Below, in pieces: positions 25,184 to 39,289 of a stretch of 64,000 nt of DNA; position 1 is the first letter of the stretch; each line of letters begins with the position of its first letter. The position numbers and the translations under genes are program-made. Source of the stretch: Lama glama. Its lineage: Eukaryota. The stretch is taken from NCBI GenBank assembly GCA_028534125.1, contig CM052816.1, positions 52,144,001 to 52,208,000 on the forward strand, read 5' to 3'. The notes under the pieces were generated by a model, which saw nothing but the letters and a program-made list of their open reading frames with translations, was not told where the DNA came from and did no database searches.

Positions 25184-27731
25184 CTGTATTTCCAAGAAAT
25201 CATTATCTCACTGAAGGAAATGCTTCATTTTCAATTTGTCTTGCAAACGCAAATTGAATGTTTCCTGAGGCAGAGATGTTCCAGCAGATGTGTGGGTCTG
25301 GAGCTGCTGGAAATAATGGTGACTAAGTCATCGGCAAACGAGTTAAAGGAGAAACCATGGCCACAGATAAGATTCCAAGTAGTGCTGAAAGTAAGAATCA
25401 GCCCCGGAGGGAACTACGGGTAACATCGACATGTAAGGTGCAGGCAGAAGAGGTACCCATGGAGAAAATTCTGAACTTACTTTGGTTTAATATTTCAAGA
25501 TACAGAGAAAGGTACTGAATCTTGAATACTTATTTTAAGATGACCAAATCTGCCTTGGAAATTAATATTTTACCTAAACTTTTCTGCCCCTATCAGATAT
25601 TTACAAGCAGAATTTGCGTTTTGGGACTTTCTGACAAAACCAATAAAGTACATATGGTGAATATATAAAAGACTGACAAGATCATATCAACTCAAAGAAA
25701 CTGAAGAAATTCGAAGATGGAACCTCAAAAAAAAAAAGAATTCAATATAACTTACTTAATTTTAAAAGGTCTTAGGACTAATGGCTTGCCAACATGACAT
25801 GCATTTATAAGAACGGGCCAGTGACCTACAATGAAAAATCTTAACTAAAATTAGAGAACTGATGAAAAGCATAGGTCTCAACATATAAGAAAATAAAACC
25901 TATTTAGAAAAGGCAGTGTGGTTTTAGTAGAGTAAAATCCTGTCTCAATAACCCAAGTGCATTCTTTGAATCAGTCTGTAAATATAGGGTAAAAACATTT
26001 TTACCTTATAGAAAGTCATTAGAAAATTTTGCACCAAAGAGGCCATTTTGTAGTGGGAACGGAAAATCATCTGAAACTTGAAACACTTGGTCCTGAATTT
26101 ATGAACTGTGTGACTGCCCTGGGAGCTGAAAGAGCCTAAAAGTATAAAGAAACGATCCTAAGGGCTTCTAATTCCTGGATGACTGATAAATAATGGGCTC
26201 TTGGAGAACTTTTGGAAGATCCACCCTCGATCTTGCTAAATTCTCTTGTCACTAATTATTTGTTCTATAAACACTGTGATTTCACTATAAAAGAAAATCA
26301 GCCCTAAACTAACCACCTTTGGCTGCCAATGTCAGAGAGAGAACATTAGCCTGGGTGAACCACTGACGTGACTAGCATGGCACCTATGTTAGTGTTAAAA
26401 AAAAAAAAGCCAACAGCAACAACAAATATAGAGCCGAACCACTGACAAATCAGCTGAAGATTTTCTCTATGTATTTGTTTGGAATAGAATGAATATGCAA
26501 TTAAGGTTTAACTGGAATTCTTTTGAAGTGAATTTTAATGGATTAGGAAGCCTAGAGTTTTAAAACTGTGACCTAAAATAAAAATTGCAAAGGAAGAAGT
26601 TTTGTGTGCTTGTTTTCAGCTCTATACATTTTAGGCTGGTCTAAAGTACATACTTGAAAGCATCAGAGTTCAATGCATGGTATACTTTCTCTCAGCGTTT
26701 CTGAGGAGGTTGGGTCCTGAGGGATACATGATCAGGCCGACAAAGAGCATGCAACATGGTCTACCGAAATTATCTCAAATTAATCTTGCTTATATAAAAC
26801 AAATTTAACAGAAATAAAAATTTTAATTTACATGAAAAAGTCTGCTAGCAAGTCTGTTTCTGCTGAATATTTCAATCAAGCAAATAAAATTTAAGAATTG
26901 TGTGGCTGCTTAGACAGATGCCTTTCTATCAGCCAGGAGACACCCCTTATACTGCTGTCCACAGACTGCAGAAAACCATCTTGTCTGTTTTTGCTCCACA
27001 AATTACTTTTATCTCATTTGAATACTGAATCAAAGTAGACACTTCCATTTTCAGAATTTCTTATCTAGTCAGTTTCCCCTGTCTGAGGGTCTTCATGATC
27101 AAGAAAAGAATTGTCATGACCCGCTAACGCTGAAGTGATTTAGTCATCATCATTATCAAAACAATGTCTTAAAGCTTATGACTAACAGTAACGGCACCTG
27201 CTGTCCTTTGCCAAAGATGTCTGTTTACCAAGCACAGGGTAAAATGCAGCCATCAGTGAGGCTGTTGTGCAGTTTAAAAGATTTGGTGTACATAAAGCCC
27301 CTAGCATAGTGCTTGCTATACGACAAAGAGCTCAAAAAACGGCAGTTAGGTTTACTGTCTCATTTCACTCCTTACATCAACCCTGGGAGGTGGTACTGCA
27401 GCACTGCAGAGGTGAGAACATGTTGGGCGGGGGGTGGCAGGCTGCCGGCTTGGTGGGATTGAGTCTCCCAACTGACAGCCCACACACAGCACCACCACCA
27501 CAACTCCCTCTGGTCGTCCCTATGGGAAGCTGTTCAGGACGGAGTCCATGCTGGTTTTAAATCTAGGCTCTACCAGCTGTGAAACAAGTTACTGAAGTGC
27601 TTTGGATCTGTTTACTCATCTCAAGGACCCACCTCGGAGGATGATTTTGAATATTAAATAAAGCACAATAAATAACAGCACTCAGTCAGTAAACATTAAC
27701 TGGACTCCTCCTACTAAGTGACAGGCACTAG

Positions 27732-27908
27732 TCACAGTTCCCAAATGCATCGGCATGTCAAAATCATCTGGGGAACTCCTAAAAATTCCAACTCCCCGGC
27801 CACACTGGAGACCAATTAAATCACAATCCTTGGGCGTCGGATACAGGCATCAGTATCTGTGACACTTCCCAGGTGACTCCACTGTGCAGACAAGCTTGGA
27901 AACCACTG
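27732..27908. mobile_element. MER5-like hAT DNA transposon
   Basis: aaaatcatctggggaactc...ccaggtgactccactgtgcag...gaaaccactg. Confidence 0.75.
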
Positions 27909-28504
27909 TTTTAGGCACTAGGCTCACCTACCTTCCCTGAAAGCACTCCTCGTCTTCTCATGCTACTTTCCTCAACATCTCACACCTAACCCCTCTTTCC
28001 GATTCCTACTGGTACTTCTTTAGTTCAGGTCCTCAGAACCTCTCCGTGAACTTGCTAACATGCCCCTCCAAAACCATTTTGTCGGCTCCCACACACAAGC
28101 CCAGCTCTGATCCTATCACTCCCATGGGCAGAATCACTGGATTAACTTCCTCTGGCTACCAGCTCCTCAGCCTGGCCTTCACAGTCCTCCACAGAAGGTA
28201 GCCCCTCTCCCCAGCCCCTTTCTCCCTACTCCCTGATGCTGCTGATGATCCAAACCAACTGGATAACTCACTTTCCCCAGGCCGACTCCATGTCTTCCAA
28301 CTGCAAGCAAATTCGCTCTTGAGGACAAGGAAAAATTCCTCAATATTAGACAATCTATGGCCAGATACAAATTAAAATCTTCCCCAATTTAAAACTGTGC
28401 TCTTATAAGCCATGGTAACCTTGGTTTTAAGGAGGCTAACATACCTTTCATTTCTTAATTTTATATAATTTCATATTAAACACACAAAAAGGAATTGCTT
28501 TTAC

Positions 28505-28614
28505 CTTAATTTAAGGAGTGGTTGGGTCACCCACTTCCTTAACTTCCGTCTCCCAAATGAAGTTCTAGTATGGTCTAAAACCCAAAATAAACTTCCTCTG
28601 GTTTCCATGTCAGT
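28505..28614 (-). CDS. MSH3: MSH3 exon 12 (110 nt)
   Basis: tctttcttag|ACTGAC...AAATTAAG|gtaaaa; encodes [36 protein letters not shown](R). Confidence 0.97.
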
Positions 28615-30978
28615 CTAAGAAAGACCAGAAAACAAGTTTTATTAACTAGACGATTGTATTTGTACCAAAACCACTAGTTGTTTATACGCCCTAATTATTC
28701 CATATACACTAATTTTAAATGTTACATATGCCTAGCATAAAATATAGCTCAAAACAGGTGTTCATTTAATGTCTGATGAATATATATACACACATATATA
28801 AACACACAAAGTGTTGATATTTTGCACAGGAAAGATACAGTCTATATGTAGTTTTTAGTTAACTAACAATACGGTATTGAGAAGTTTCTTTTGAAACACC
28901 TTATAAATATAACTGTCTTCTTTCCTCCCTTGGGAAGCACAGTGAAGATAATTTGATTTTCCTTTGGCAGTTCAGGATCTCCCACTGCCTAAGAGCTGCC
29001 GTTCTAAAGACAGATCCCCCATGTCAACACTGAAAAAGGCTCAGGAGGGAAGTGGACCTGTACTGCACTCTAGGAATGCATCCTGGAAGGGTCTGACTTT
29101 AGTCTGTTTTATTAAATCCTTAGCAAAGGTTTATCTGTCTATACTTTGCTACTTTAAAATTAAGCCATAAAAAAATTATAATTAACTAGAATTGTAGTTA
29201 ATTTTAACCAAGGTTTCACTGTAGTACAAAATGTCTACTAACAGGTTTAAACCGTATTGGGAACATCAAGTTGCAGTTTTCACCTGAATTTTTTTTTTCC
29301 ATTTTCCTTTTCTTTAAATCAGCAAGCAAGTATTTAACAGAACACCTCTTGTGTGCTTAGCAGTATGGCTGGCAAAGGTATATTAAAACATGATTCCTCC
29401 CTAAGGGCGCTTATATCAGAGTGTGGGAGAAGAGACTCCTAACAAGGACCCAGTGCCACCTGGCAGAAATCAACTACAAAAGGTGTGACATAACTTCCCC
29501 AGGCCTTAGGAGCCCAAAGAGAGCAGCCACAGAAGCTGCAGTGGTCACGGAAGGAAGGCTCCCTGAGGATGGGCTGGGAAGGCAGAGCTGACCTCTGAGG
29601 GGATCCACATCAGTGACTGCACCATCCCTTCTGAGACAAGAGCCTGACTGGCCTGACCACAGAAAGGGTCCATGAAGAGGACGGTGGAGGGGAATCACTC
29701 TCCAACTACCTGGCATCACTGGGGAAGCAGGCTCGGACAAGAGAGGGAGAGTGGGAGAGACCCGAGTCCTGCTACATCTCTGCTCTCCCTGACACCCAGA
29801 CCCTCCCCATGATCCCCTTCTACTGCTCCACAGTAAGGAGGCCAAAGCTGCAGTGCAAAGACAAGCAGAAGATGTTAATTCTCAGCTTCCATTTCTCCAA
29901 GAGCCCAAGTCCTGATAAAGAAAGGGATTTTAAAGGGTATTTTGATTATGGATGATTTTTGCCTTAGGCATTCGATTTCAAAACCAAATCCACTGTAGTA
30001 GGATTTGAACAGGGAGGATGTGGCAGAAGAAAGGAAAGCCTGAAATGCCAAGGCGGTATCTGCAGGCTTTGACTATAGGCTCTTCTTCACCCAAGAAATA
30101 TCCTTTTATTCTTACTACTTGTTTCCTAACCCAAGGACGTATATAGAGTTGATGAGAAAGACCTGCCAGGAAAAGACTCTCAACTTCCGGATAACAGAAC
30201 GACAAGATAAAAATGTTTTTGAATAAACGGAAGGCTGACTCCAGTATGCAAGGACAGCCTAGCAGAAGGAGAAACCGAGTGAGAGAAACTAGCTAGCTAT
30301 ACACAAAGTCAGGAGAATAAATTCAGCATTTACTTTAATTCACAGCAGTGGTAGTAATTCACAGCAGATGGTTCAGCTTTTCCACTACTCAAATGACTTG
30401 GAACTGCTTTTTATTTTTATGAGTTTTTTATAAGAACATTAGTTTTACAATACAACATCTCATATTTTTAAGTGATAATTTAATAAATGAAAGCAATCAT
30501 TTTAATGTCTTCATTATCTTCCTCGCTCATCAGTAAAGGGCAAATGAACAATGATGGAAGTTTGTGAAATGAACTATTATGCATCTAACAGTCAAACTGA
30601 ACATTGCGGTTACTTGTTCTATATACTGAATAATGAAATAAGACTGCAACACTTCAACAAAAAGTTAAAAATATGTAGAAAGAGATAACCAAGCAGACCA
30701 GAAAAATCTACTTCACTGAATTCCCAAAGATGATGCCTTTCCAAAGAAATATATGATACAGAAGTTGTCAGAACAGGCATGCTGCTTCAATCATTGAAAA
30801 GCACAGCGCTATAGCTCCCAATGTAACCCCCAAGTATTTCATGTATTTGACTCTCCAAAAAGTGAGCACTATCAGCTGAAGACAACACCTTCACCTTCAC
30901 TCCTAAGAACAGACTGCTACCTAGCCCCCATCTTTTTTTGAAACCATTTTGAATCAAACAGCCCTATGTTTACCTGAC

Positions 30979-31063
30979 CTGATTCTGAAGGATTTCCAGG
31001 TTCCTTAATGTTGTTCCATTAAGTGTCATAAATTCCACTTCTCCTGACAACTGTTTAAAATTC
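30979..31063 (-). CDS. MSH3: MSH3 exon 11 (85 nt)
   Basis: ctttttacag|GAATTTT...AATCAG|gtcagg; encodes [28 protein letters not shown]. Confidence 0.95.
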
Positions 31064-31767
31064 CTGTAAAAAGAATGAAATATGAACCATGATATAAGTG
31101 CATAAAGAAATAGGAAAACTAATTTAGGCTTTAGAAATACTTAGTAACATCATGATAAATGTTAGCCCTTTGCTAGGAAATCAAACCAAAAAAAGCAAAA
31201 ACAACATTCATTAAGATACTGTTTTCCATCATTGCTGGTACTTAGGTAAGCTGACGTGAAAGGACAGTTACTCTCACAACAAAAACAAGAATAAGGAATG
31301 GAAGTAACAGTACCAACAATTCTTAATTTTTTTTTTTTAATTTCCAGTAACAGGACCAAACATAGTCTTTTATCATTGGCAGAACAAGTGGTGGTCTCTT
31401 CAGGAAAAGCTATGCAATTTGCTAGAAAAATATGTCAAGATACTTAAAAGCATCCTTCTTTTTTGTTAGCATGAAGTCATTTTGATAAACACTTTAAAAG
31501 CTTTTAATCAATATTCTGATATGTGCAAATATTATTTAGTCTATAATTAAGACCACACATTTAATGTGGCTGTTTTCATAAAGTATAAAACTGAAAAAGT
31601 AGCAGGAATTATTTCCTTAAACTCAAATAATTCACTTTCTCCTTATGTCCCTGTAACTATTTCAAACTAGATTAAAAGTTCAGTAAGTTCCAAATAAACT
31701 TGAGTCCTGAGCTCAATATGATTAATATATGTATGCATAATTCAAATTTTGTCCTTATTAGTCTTTC

Positions 31768-32020
31768 ATTTTTTTAAACTGAAGTATAGTCAGTTTACAA
31801 TGTTGTATCAACTTCTGGTGCACAGAATAATGTTTTAGTCATACATAGATACATTCATTTTCATATTCTTTTTCATTATAAGTTACTACAAGATACTGAA
31901 TATAGTTCCCTGTGCTGTACAGAAGAAACCTGTTCTTTATCTATGGTAGTTAGTACCTTCAAATCTCAAACTCCCAATTTATTCCTTCCCACCACTCTTC
32001 CCCCATGGCAACCATAAGTT
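31768..32020 (-). mobile_element. Short L1 3' end
   Basis: Poly-T then gaagtatagtcagtttacaatg...caaccataagttt. Confidence 0.88.
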
Positions 32021-33439
32021 TCATGTTAAAAACTATATTAATCAATGCATTACTAATAGATTAATTTCCTTTATAAGCCAGTCCTTTGACATTTCTATCA
32101 ACAGCACTTAAGGAACTGATGGCTCATTTTTCAAAGCAAGAAAAAAACTGGCAGGTCACTAAACTATCTGGAGGGAAAGCATGAGTGTTTGCATCATAAA
32201 ACTAACCCAACTCATCATGGCCATAACAAGATGAATAAAATACAGTTTCCCAAACCAGTTACAGAAGCAAGCCTTCATCCAGGAATCTAGAGCCTAAAAT
32301 CAGAGCCCAAAGAGCCAGAGCTCATTGAGAGATGCCTCCACTTCTGGATGAGCCCCACAACCCTGAAAAAGAAATGACTTATTGTATATTAGGAACGTTG
32401 CCTGGTAACTGAACACTGTCCTTTGGCAACGTAATTTATGTATGACAGGTTTAACCTGGCTTCCAAAGGGTGACATTAATGATTTTCAGAGAGAAGCAAT
32501 TCCAACACTGATTGATAGCTGGGGTGTGTAGTCTGTTTCTCCTTCTTATAACCGTTAACTTAATTTGCCTTGCATTACAGTAATTTATATTCTTCTGCTA
32601 TCCTCATTAATAGATCTGAGCTCCTTGCAGGTAAGGGTTATTTATGTCTTACGCATTTTGCAGCACCTGCAGAGCCTAGCAGAAAGTAGATGCTCAGCAA
32701 AGGTCTGCGTCTTTCTATGGGGAGGCCAGTTTGTGTTGGTTGGTTTGTTTTCCTTTGAGTCATAAAGCCCAGAAATGTATGTGAAACACCCAGGACAGTA
32801 ATAAAATGTAAAACATTATTTTCAGGAAGAAACAATTAGGCAGTGATTTGTTTTGTAGCTAAGAGATGTTCACACACCTTCATAGTCAAAGATACAAGCT
32901 GGGAGTGCTGATAGCCTGGACTCATAGTTGGTATCTCATCAGTACCCATGCGCTTAAGTGTAAGTCATTTGGTTCCCCTGTTCCTGACAGTTAGGTTTAA
33001 CCCACACCGTAGAGGTGATTAACACTTGAGTATCTTAATCAAAAACAGACTCTCAAGGGATGCTTAGTTGGCATCAAGAACCCACAATTCAGAAGCCTTT
33101 CCTAAAAATATCTCAGCTAGCTGCCTTTATCTTCCATGAACACCAGAGGTGTAAGATACATAAGAGGCATTTAAGATGTGCGGACTACCCGGAAATACTG
33201 CTCAGTTGCCTTCACCTTCACAAAAACTAGTAAACCTAACAGTCTATACCCTGAGGAATGGTGTCTTAGATTTAATGTCCAGAAAGCACCCCTGTTCCAC
33301 CAATTATTTGAGGGTTTTGTCACTTAATTCAAACTAAAGGTGAAATCTTGCCTCATGGTAGGAACCATGCCTCAAGTGAACCTTGGGAGCAAGGAACTGT
33401 TCAAACATTAAAATGACTGAGAATTAAAATTTCATGGAG

Positions 33440-33950
33440 CACACGACAGCTTTTGCGCCATCTTGCTAAAAATTACATCGGGGTAGAATTTGGTTTGGAA
33501 GAGGATACAAAACAAAATTAGAAAAGGGAAAAGGTACATAAAGCAAAGTCTAGAAGAAACCAAGGGCAAACATCCAAAAGTCCTCTCCTGGTAGAGTCAC
33601 ATAGGATGTTCTTAATTGCCCCAGCAGTGAGTTGTGACAACTCACGTGAAATGTCCACCAGAGAAGTTCATTAGAGACTCAGCACCCAATGCTTTTGCTG
33701 CAGGCTGGTCGCATAGGCATCTTCTTCCTAATATGCACAATTCCACCTCCCAGAAAGAAAGGAGGGGCTCAGCATTAACCATATTGTCTGAACAGTTTAG
33801 GCAGAGAGCCACTCTTATCAGAGAATGCTGGAGACCCTCCCCAAATCCAAGGTCCCAGATGCCAGTCAAGGGTCAAGCTTGCAAGTAGGGCTTTCTTAAC
33901 TACTGCTGTTTCATCAGGTTTGCTCTGCTAACCTTTTTTTGCATCTCTCT
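33440..33950. mobile_element. ERV LTR-like (MER21-like)
   Basis: aaagtctagaagaaaccaagggcaaacatccaaaagtcctctcctggtagagtcacataggatg motif. Confidence 0.55.
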
Positions 33951-34200
33951 CTTTCCTAATTCTGTTTCTCTATGTTATGCTTATTTACTTTCATATTCCT
34001 TCTAGCTTATTCTTCATTCTTAAATTGATTTTTCTTTAATGTACGCTCATTCTTCAATCCCAACATCTTGTTTCAAAGCTCTCCTATTTCTCATTTATTA
34101 TCACTTGTTATTTCACATTTAATGTCATTTCCTTAAAGTCTTTTAGCTCATTTTGCAGTAGTAGGTTATAGTAGTTTTTATTTCATTTGTGGGCATGTCT

Positions 34201-34286
34201 CTAAAAAAAAAAACAAAAGAACATAAATGCCACAAGAGATCGCTCATATGTGGAATCTAAAAAAAAGAAAAGAAAAGAAAAAAGAA
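34201..34286 (+). mobile_element. 86-bp L1 3'-UTR-derived insertion with 17-bp TSD
   Basis: gagatcgctcatatgtggaatctaaaaa matches reverse complement of ~1776-1804; TSD catttgtgggcatgtct at 34184-34200 and 34287-34303. Confidence 0.88.
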
Positions 34287-34407
34287 CATTTGTGGGCATG
34301 TCTTTCTGGCAAGCATTCATTTTCTATAAGGACATTATCCTGTCCCTTATTCTTTTTTAAAATAATTTTATATGGGATTTGAATTTGGTTCTTTTTCGAG
34401 TGCTAAG

Positions 34408-34655
34408 TTTTTTTTAAAAATTGAAGTAAAGTCGATTTATAATGTGTTAATTTCTGGTGTACAGCATAGTGATTCATTTATACATATATACATTCCTTTT
34501 ATCTGCTCTTTCATTCTGGCGATTACAAGGTACTGAATATAGTTCCCCATGCTATACAGTAGTACCTTGTTGTTTATCTATTTTATATTATAGTAGTTAA
34601 TATCTACAAATTCCAAACTCCCAATTTATCCGTCCCCATCCCTACCCCTCCCCAG
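34408..34655 (-). mobile_element. Short L1 3' end
   Basis: Poly-T then L1 3'-UTR similar to 31768-32020. Confidence 0.85.
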
Positions 34656-35945
34656 TGCTCATTAAGTGAAGATGAGTTTTCCAGAAGTTTTAGAAGATGG
34701 CATTGTTTAGGGCAGCTGCTGTAACTTCACACATCTCCCTCTTCTGTTGTTTTTGTATAGCATTCAGTTATGGCACCTGACTTCTGTTTTCATTCATAAA
34801 GGATTAAATGCATGAGAACTGCCCTTTAACCACCAACAGTTAGAAAACTGGACAAATTATACATATATATGGATATATTTTAAATGTTTTCAAGCCGTTG
34901 GACATGAGGCATATAGAACTGTGATCCTGAGAGAAGAAAAACAAAAGAGGTAAACACTGACTGACTCCTAGGAGAGACCAAGGAAAGAAGAATTCGTGAG
35001 ACAGAACGCAGAGATGACAGAGCTGCACACTGAGAGATCTGCAGAAGAGTCCCCTCAGGTCTTTGGCCAAGTACTGATTCTTAAATGTGTAGGGGAACTT
35101 CCATGAGATCGGGAAAGAAACATAAGAAAACAGTAGGATGAACAATGACCAGGGTTCACACAGAGCTTAGAATAGTTCACTCTCTGACCAATGAGAGTAG
35201 AAATACCTCAAAATACTTGGGTATACAGTGGGTAAAAGTCTCAGAAGTGTATTACTCTAGGGGTGGGGTTAAAATAGACATAGCAAGAACTTCCCAGTCT
35301 TAGTACTAGTGACATTTTACTGAGATAGATCTTATCTCCACAACAAGAAGTAGCTTACTTATCCAGGATTGATATGATATAGAGTAATTCTTCAGAGAGC
35401 CAAAGATAAGGGGCCAGTGAAGGTAGAATACGGAAACACAAGAAAGTTATTCTGCTATCTTTTTTTTATTCCACTGGTTTTTAAACTAGCATTTTGTTAG
35501 AATGTCAATTGCCAGCTTTTAAATCTCTCGACTCTACAAAGTTAATCACTCTTTCAATAAGCTGTCTATGTAAGTAGCTGTCCTTTTTATCTCCAACTTT
35601 ATGGTCTATGAAATAAGAACTAAAACCAAGAATAAGAAAGATGATGAAGTTTTATGAATGCTTTCAAATACCTCTTCTTAATACTACTTCTGTAGGCAAA
35701 ACTATAATACATTAGTTGTCATGAATACAAAAATTGACAGAATTCTTAAGCTTGCCATTAATTTTTTGAATCAATTAATATTTTTAATATTTTTCAGCAA
35801 CAACACGACACCTCATTCTTGATCCAGAACACAGCAGGCTAGCAAAAGCAGGTAAACTTCTGAGTATAGTACTTACCAAATTCAATTTAAGAAGTGTTTT
35901 TTAATATAACCTCCCCCCTTTTTTTATTTTTGAGAAATCACTTAC

Positions 35946-36060
35946 TTGGGTTTGGAAAGCACCTTTTCCAAGTTAAATTCTTTGAGATATCTTATTATGG
36001 CAGCCAAAGAGCAAATCACAGGTTTCTCCAACTTAATGATGACAGACAAATTTTGAGAAT
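35946..36060 (-). CDS. MSH3: MSH3 exon 10 (115 nt)
   Basis: gtgttttag|ATTCTC...AAACCCAA|gtaagt; encodes (D)[37 protein letters not shown](K). Confidence 0.96.
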
Positions 36061-36539
36061 CTAAAACACAGAGTACATACCTTCATTAAAATTATTATTC
36101 ATCTTTACTAAAAACAAACCTTAAGTAAGACTTAGTTTATTATTATTCACATAATAATTTAGACAGTATCTTCTAAAATTGCCCTTTGGAAAAACATGGA
36201 AGATTATAAACATCTAGGGCATGGAAAAAAGGGCATTTTCTGATGGAAGATGAACCTTTTTTGGAGAACAAAAGAGTAATTATTTTCAAAGTGTAAAATG
36301 CTCATTCCCTTTGACTCAGAAATACTCCAAAGTGCTTATTTAAATGTGTATATAAGGAAGTGAGTTGAAAAATCTCTTGTCGTAGGAAAAAATGAGAAAC
36401 AACCTAACTGAACATCATTAAGTACATCCAGATGATTGTGCACCTCTAATGGGAATAACTTACAGCTATCTGTACTGATATGGAAAACTTTCCATAATAT
36501 ATTGAATGAAGAAAAAAAAAAGTTACAAGATCACTCTCA

Positions 36540-37192
36540 TCTCTCAGCAGGAATATAGCAACAGCTCTCCATCTGGTCTCCCACCTTTATCCCTGTGCCC
36601 TACAGGGTATTCTTAACACAGCAGCCGAGGGAACCGTTAGACTACTTTGCTTACAAATCCTTCCACATTTCCTAACTCACTGAGAGAAGCAGCTCAAGTC
36701 CGTAAAGGTCTGTAAGGCCCTCCACAACCTGCCTTCCAAATCCTTTATTCTCTGTGCTCACCTTCTAATATTCTCCTCCTTAGCTCCTCTGTCCCAGCTC
36801 CCAGGCTCGTTGATATTCCTTAAACATGACAGGTACTTAAGGTACCTACTGCTGTCTCTGCCTGAAACACTGTTGCTTCACCTGTCCTTATGGTTTTCCC
36901 CCTTAACTCCTTTAATCCTCATTCAAATCTTTGTTCAAGTGCCATTTTCTCAGTGAGGCTTTCCTTCACTACTTTATTTAAAAATTCACCTCCTCCCTGC
37001 CTATCTCTATGGTACTTAGCAACTTTAAACACTATTTTATTGTACATCTCCTCCCTCTAGGCTGTAAACTCCAGAAGGGCAGGAATTCTTGTCCGTTTAA
37101 TTCCTCATCATACACACAATGTCTGTGTAATTCCTTATCATATACACAATGCCTTGAACAGGCATTCAATAAAAATTAGCTGAAAGAATAAA
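36540..37192 (+). mobile_element. L2 fragment
   Basis: ctgtaaactccagaagggcagg...ggcattcaataaaaattagctgaaagaat; internal ~30-bp tandem duplication near 37098-37152. Confidence 0.7.
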
Positions 37193-38697
37193 TCCAAGTT
37201 ATATTAAATAAATATATAGAACTATGTATGTATGTTTACGTGTAGATTTGCACATTAAGAATTCCTAAGGATTCGAGGGGAGGGATTTTCACTTTTTTCC
37301 TTCTATACAACCATGTTTTGGCTTTTTTTGCAGTAGGTATTTATTACTTTGAAGAAAAAAATTACAAAATATCCTCCACAAATCTGTAATATAAAATATA
37401 TTAATTTCAACTATAGCTTTCTGTAAAATCAAGGTGTAAATGAAGAGTAACCATCAGTCTCCTACTGTGAATTTCATCTTTTAACTTTCTAGCTCTGATC
37501 CCCAGGAAACCTGATAAAGATGAAGTGCCAGTGTTTTATGAGGTAGCACTATGTATGGTAAAAATGACCTGAAATCAGTCTATTGCATCTGGACTAGGAT
37601 GAATTATAAATACCTGATTCTAGAATTTTGGCCGTCTCTGAGTACACCGATTCTTTGAATTTGGCATGTCCTTTGGAGAAATCCCAGCACGAGATATGAC
37701 TTTCTGTAGGGCATGGGGCTTCTAAGCCAGGGCAGATCCTGCACCCACCTGATGAGAGTCTGCTTTCTTTGCAACTGAGCTGTCACTAGAGGAGGGAGGG
37801 GAACTTAAGCACCCAAAGGCTCTGCGGACCGCTGCATAGACTGCAGAGGACTCCTCCCGCTAAGAGCAACAGCGCCCTGCAGCAAGCTGCATTGTGTCCT
37901 ACACCCTTCTAAGTGAGTCGGGTACCAAGAGTGGCTTATGGTCATCTCCTGATTTAGTCTGAGCTTTAACTGAGCACAAGCTGATGATCCCTTGGTGACA
38001 GCACAGATGGGTGTCTAAGTGGGTTACACTCTCAGATACTTAATTCTATTTGGCCAAAGCAACATGAAATGAAAAGAGATGGGGATAGAAATGCCAACAA
38101 GACACTGATGCCTGAGAGGGAGCTGGGGGAAGCTGATCTATTTAGGGTCTTATGGTGAAAGCTCTGCAGCAGGTGACAGGGGATAAAAGTGGACCTGAAC
38201 ATAAGCTGGACTGGAAGGAATGAGGGGTACAGACCAAATCAAATAGATACCTGGCTGAGGAAATGTGAATTAGACAAACAATGGTGATCCAACAAACTAA
38301 GACCCTGTCACTAATGTTCTGATATTTTAATTCTGGCCATCAACTTTTGGAATTGCTGGCTTTCACTAGGAGATTTATACCGACATTTTGTAAAACTGCA
38401 AGGGAAATAATGGGCCATCTTTTAAGAGAAGCAAAAAGGAAGGATTTTCAGTAACTAACTTGTTACACTCCAACGAATATGTCAAAATATCAAGTTATGA
38501 AATGATCGTAACTACAAAGAAGCTGCAGTGGTGCTTTTTATGAGTGCAAAAACAGTGATTTCTTCTCTCTACTTCTTCCATTTTTTAATTGATAATTATC
38601 TAGTTTTCATTAAATTGAAAATCAAACTTGCATCTTTATCCAAATCTCAACTCAGTTAAATCTGAGGACATAAAGCTAACAAGTGTAAAATATTTAC

Positions 38698-38810
38698 CAT
38701 TAACGTCATCTCCATCTTGTGCATAAAAGTCTGTAACCTCCTGGAAAGCATGGCTGTATTCAAAATACATGTTAGCCATCCTTTCTACTCGAATTCTGTC
38801 ATCCCGCACA
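38698..38810 (-). CDS. MSH3: MSH3 exon 9 (113 nt)
   Basis: tttctttcag|TGTGCGG...GTTAATG|gtaaat; encodes VRDDRIRVERMANMYFEYSHAFQEVTDFYAQDGDDVN. Confidence 0.96.
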
Positions 38811-39289
38811 CTGAAAGAAAAATATGAAAACATTAAAGACGATGATCCATAACCTCGAACTTTTGGTATTTAGGCCTTGGCCTGACGAAGGAAAAAAAAA
38901 AAGACTCATTCTTTATTCTCTCCCAAGTTGAAGAAAAAGTGAGAAAGAACTAAGGCTTCCCTGTCAAGAGGCCACATTTCATAAAATATAATTATTACTT
39001 TTACAACTGGTATCCTACATTATCAAGCACATTGTGAATACTTTATATATATTGTTATCAAAAACTCACTGAAATTAAGGTCAATTACTTTAACAAATAC
39101 AAAAGTGGAAAAAATGGAAAAGCATCAATTTAATTGCATCATTTGTTTAAATACTCTAGCAACAGAATACATCATTGAGCAATTCTTTCCTTGAAGTGGC
39201 ATCTTTGTCTGGCTGGCTTTTTGGCAAGTCCATTTCTTCTACCACAGCCTCCAGTCAAACACAGTAAATTCCCCTTATGTCAACTCTCA

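Larger units (their letters stand above)
270..38810 (-). other. MSH3: MSH3 (MutS homolog 3, MutS-beta subunit) gene, partial: exons 9-16 by human numbering; gene extends beyond both window ends
   Basis: Eight exons (113,115,85,110,133,188,169,65 nt) with ag/gt boundaries and compatible phases splice into one ORF recognisable as MSH3 (e.g. [38 protein letters not shown]). Confidence 0.98.
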
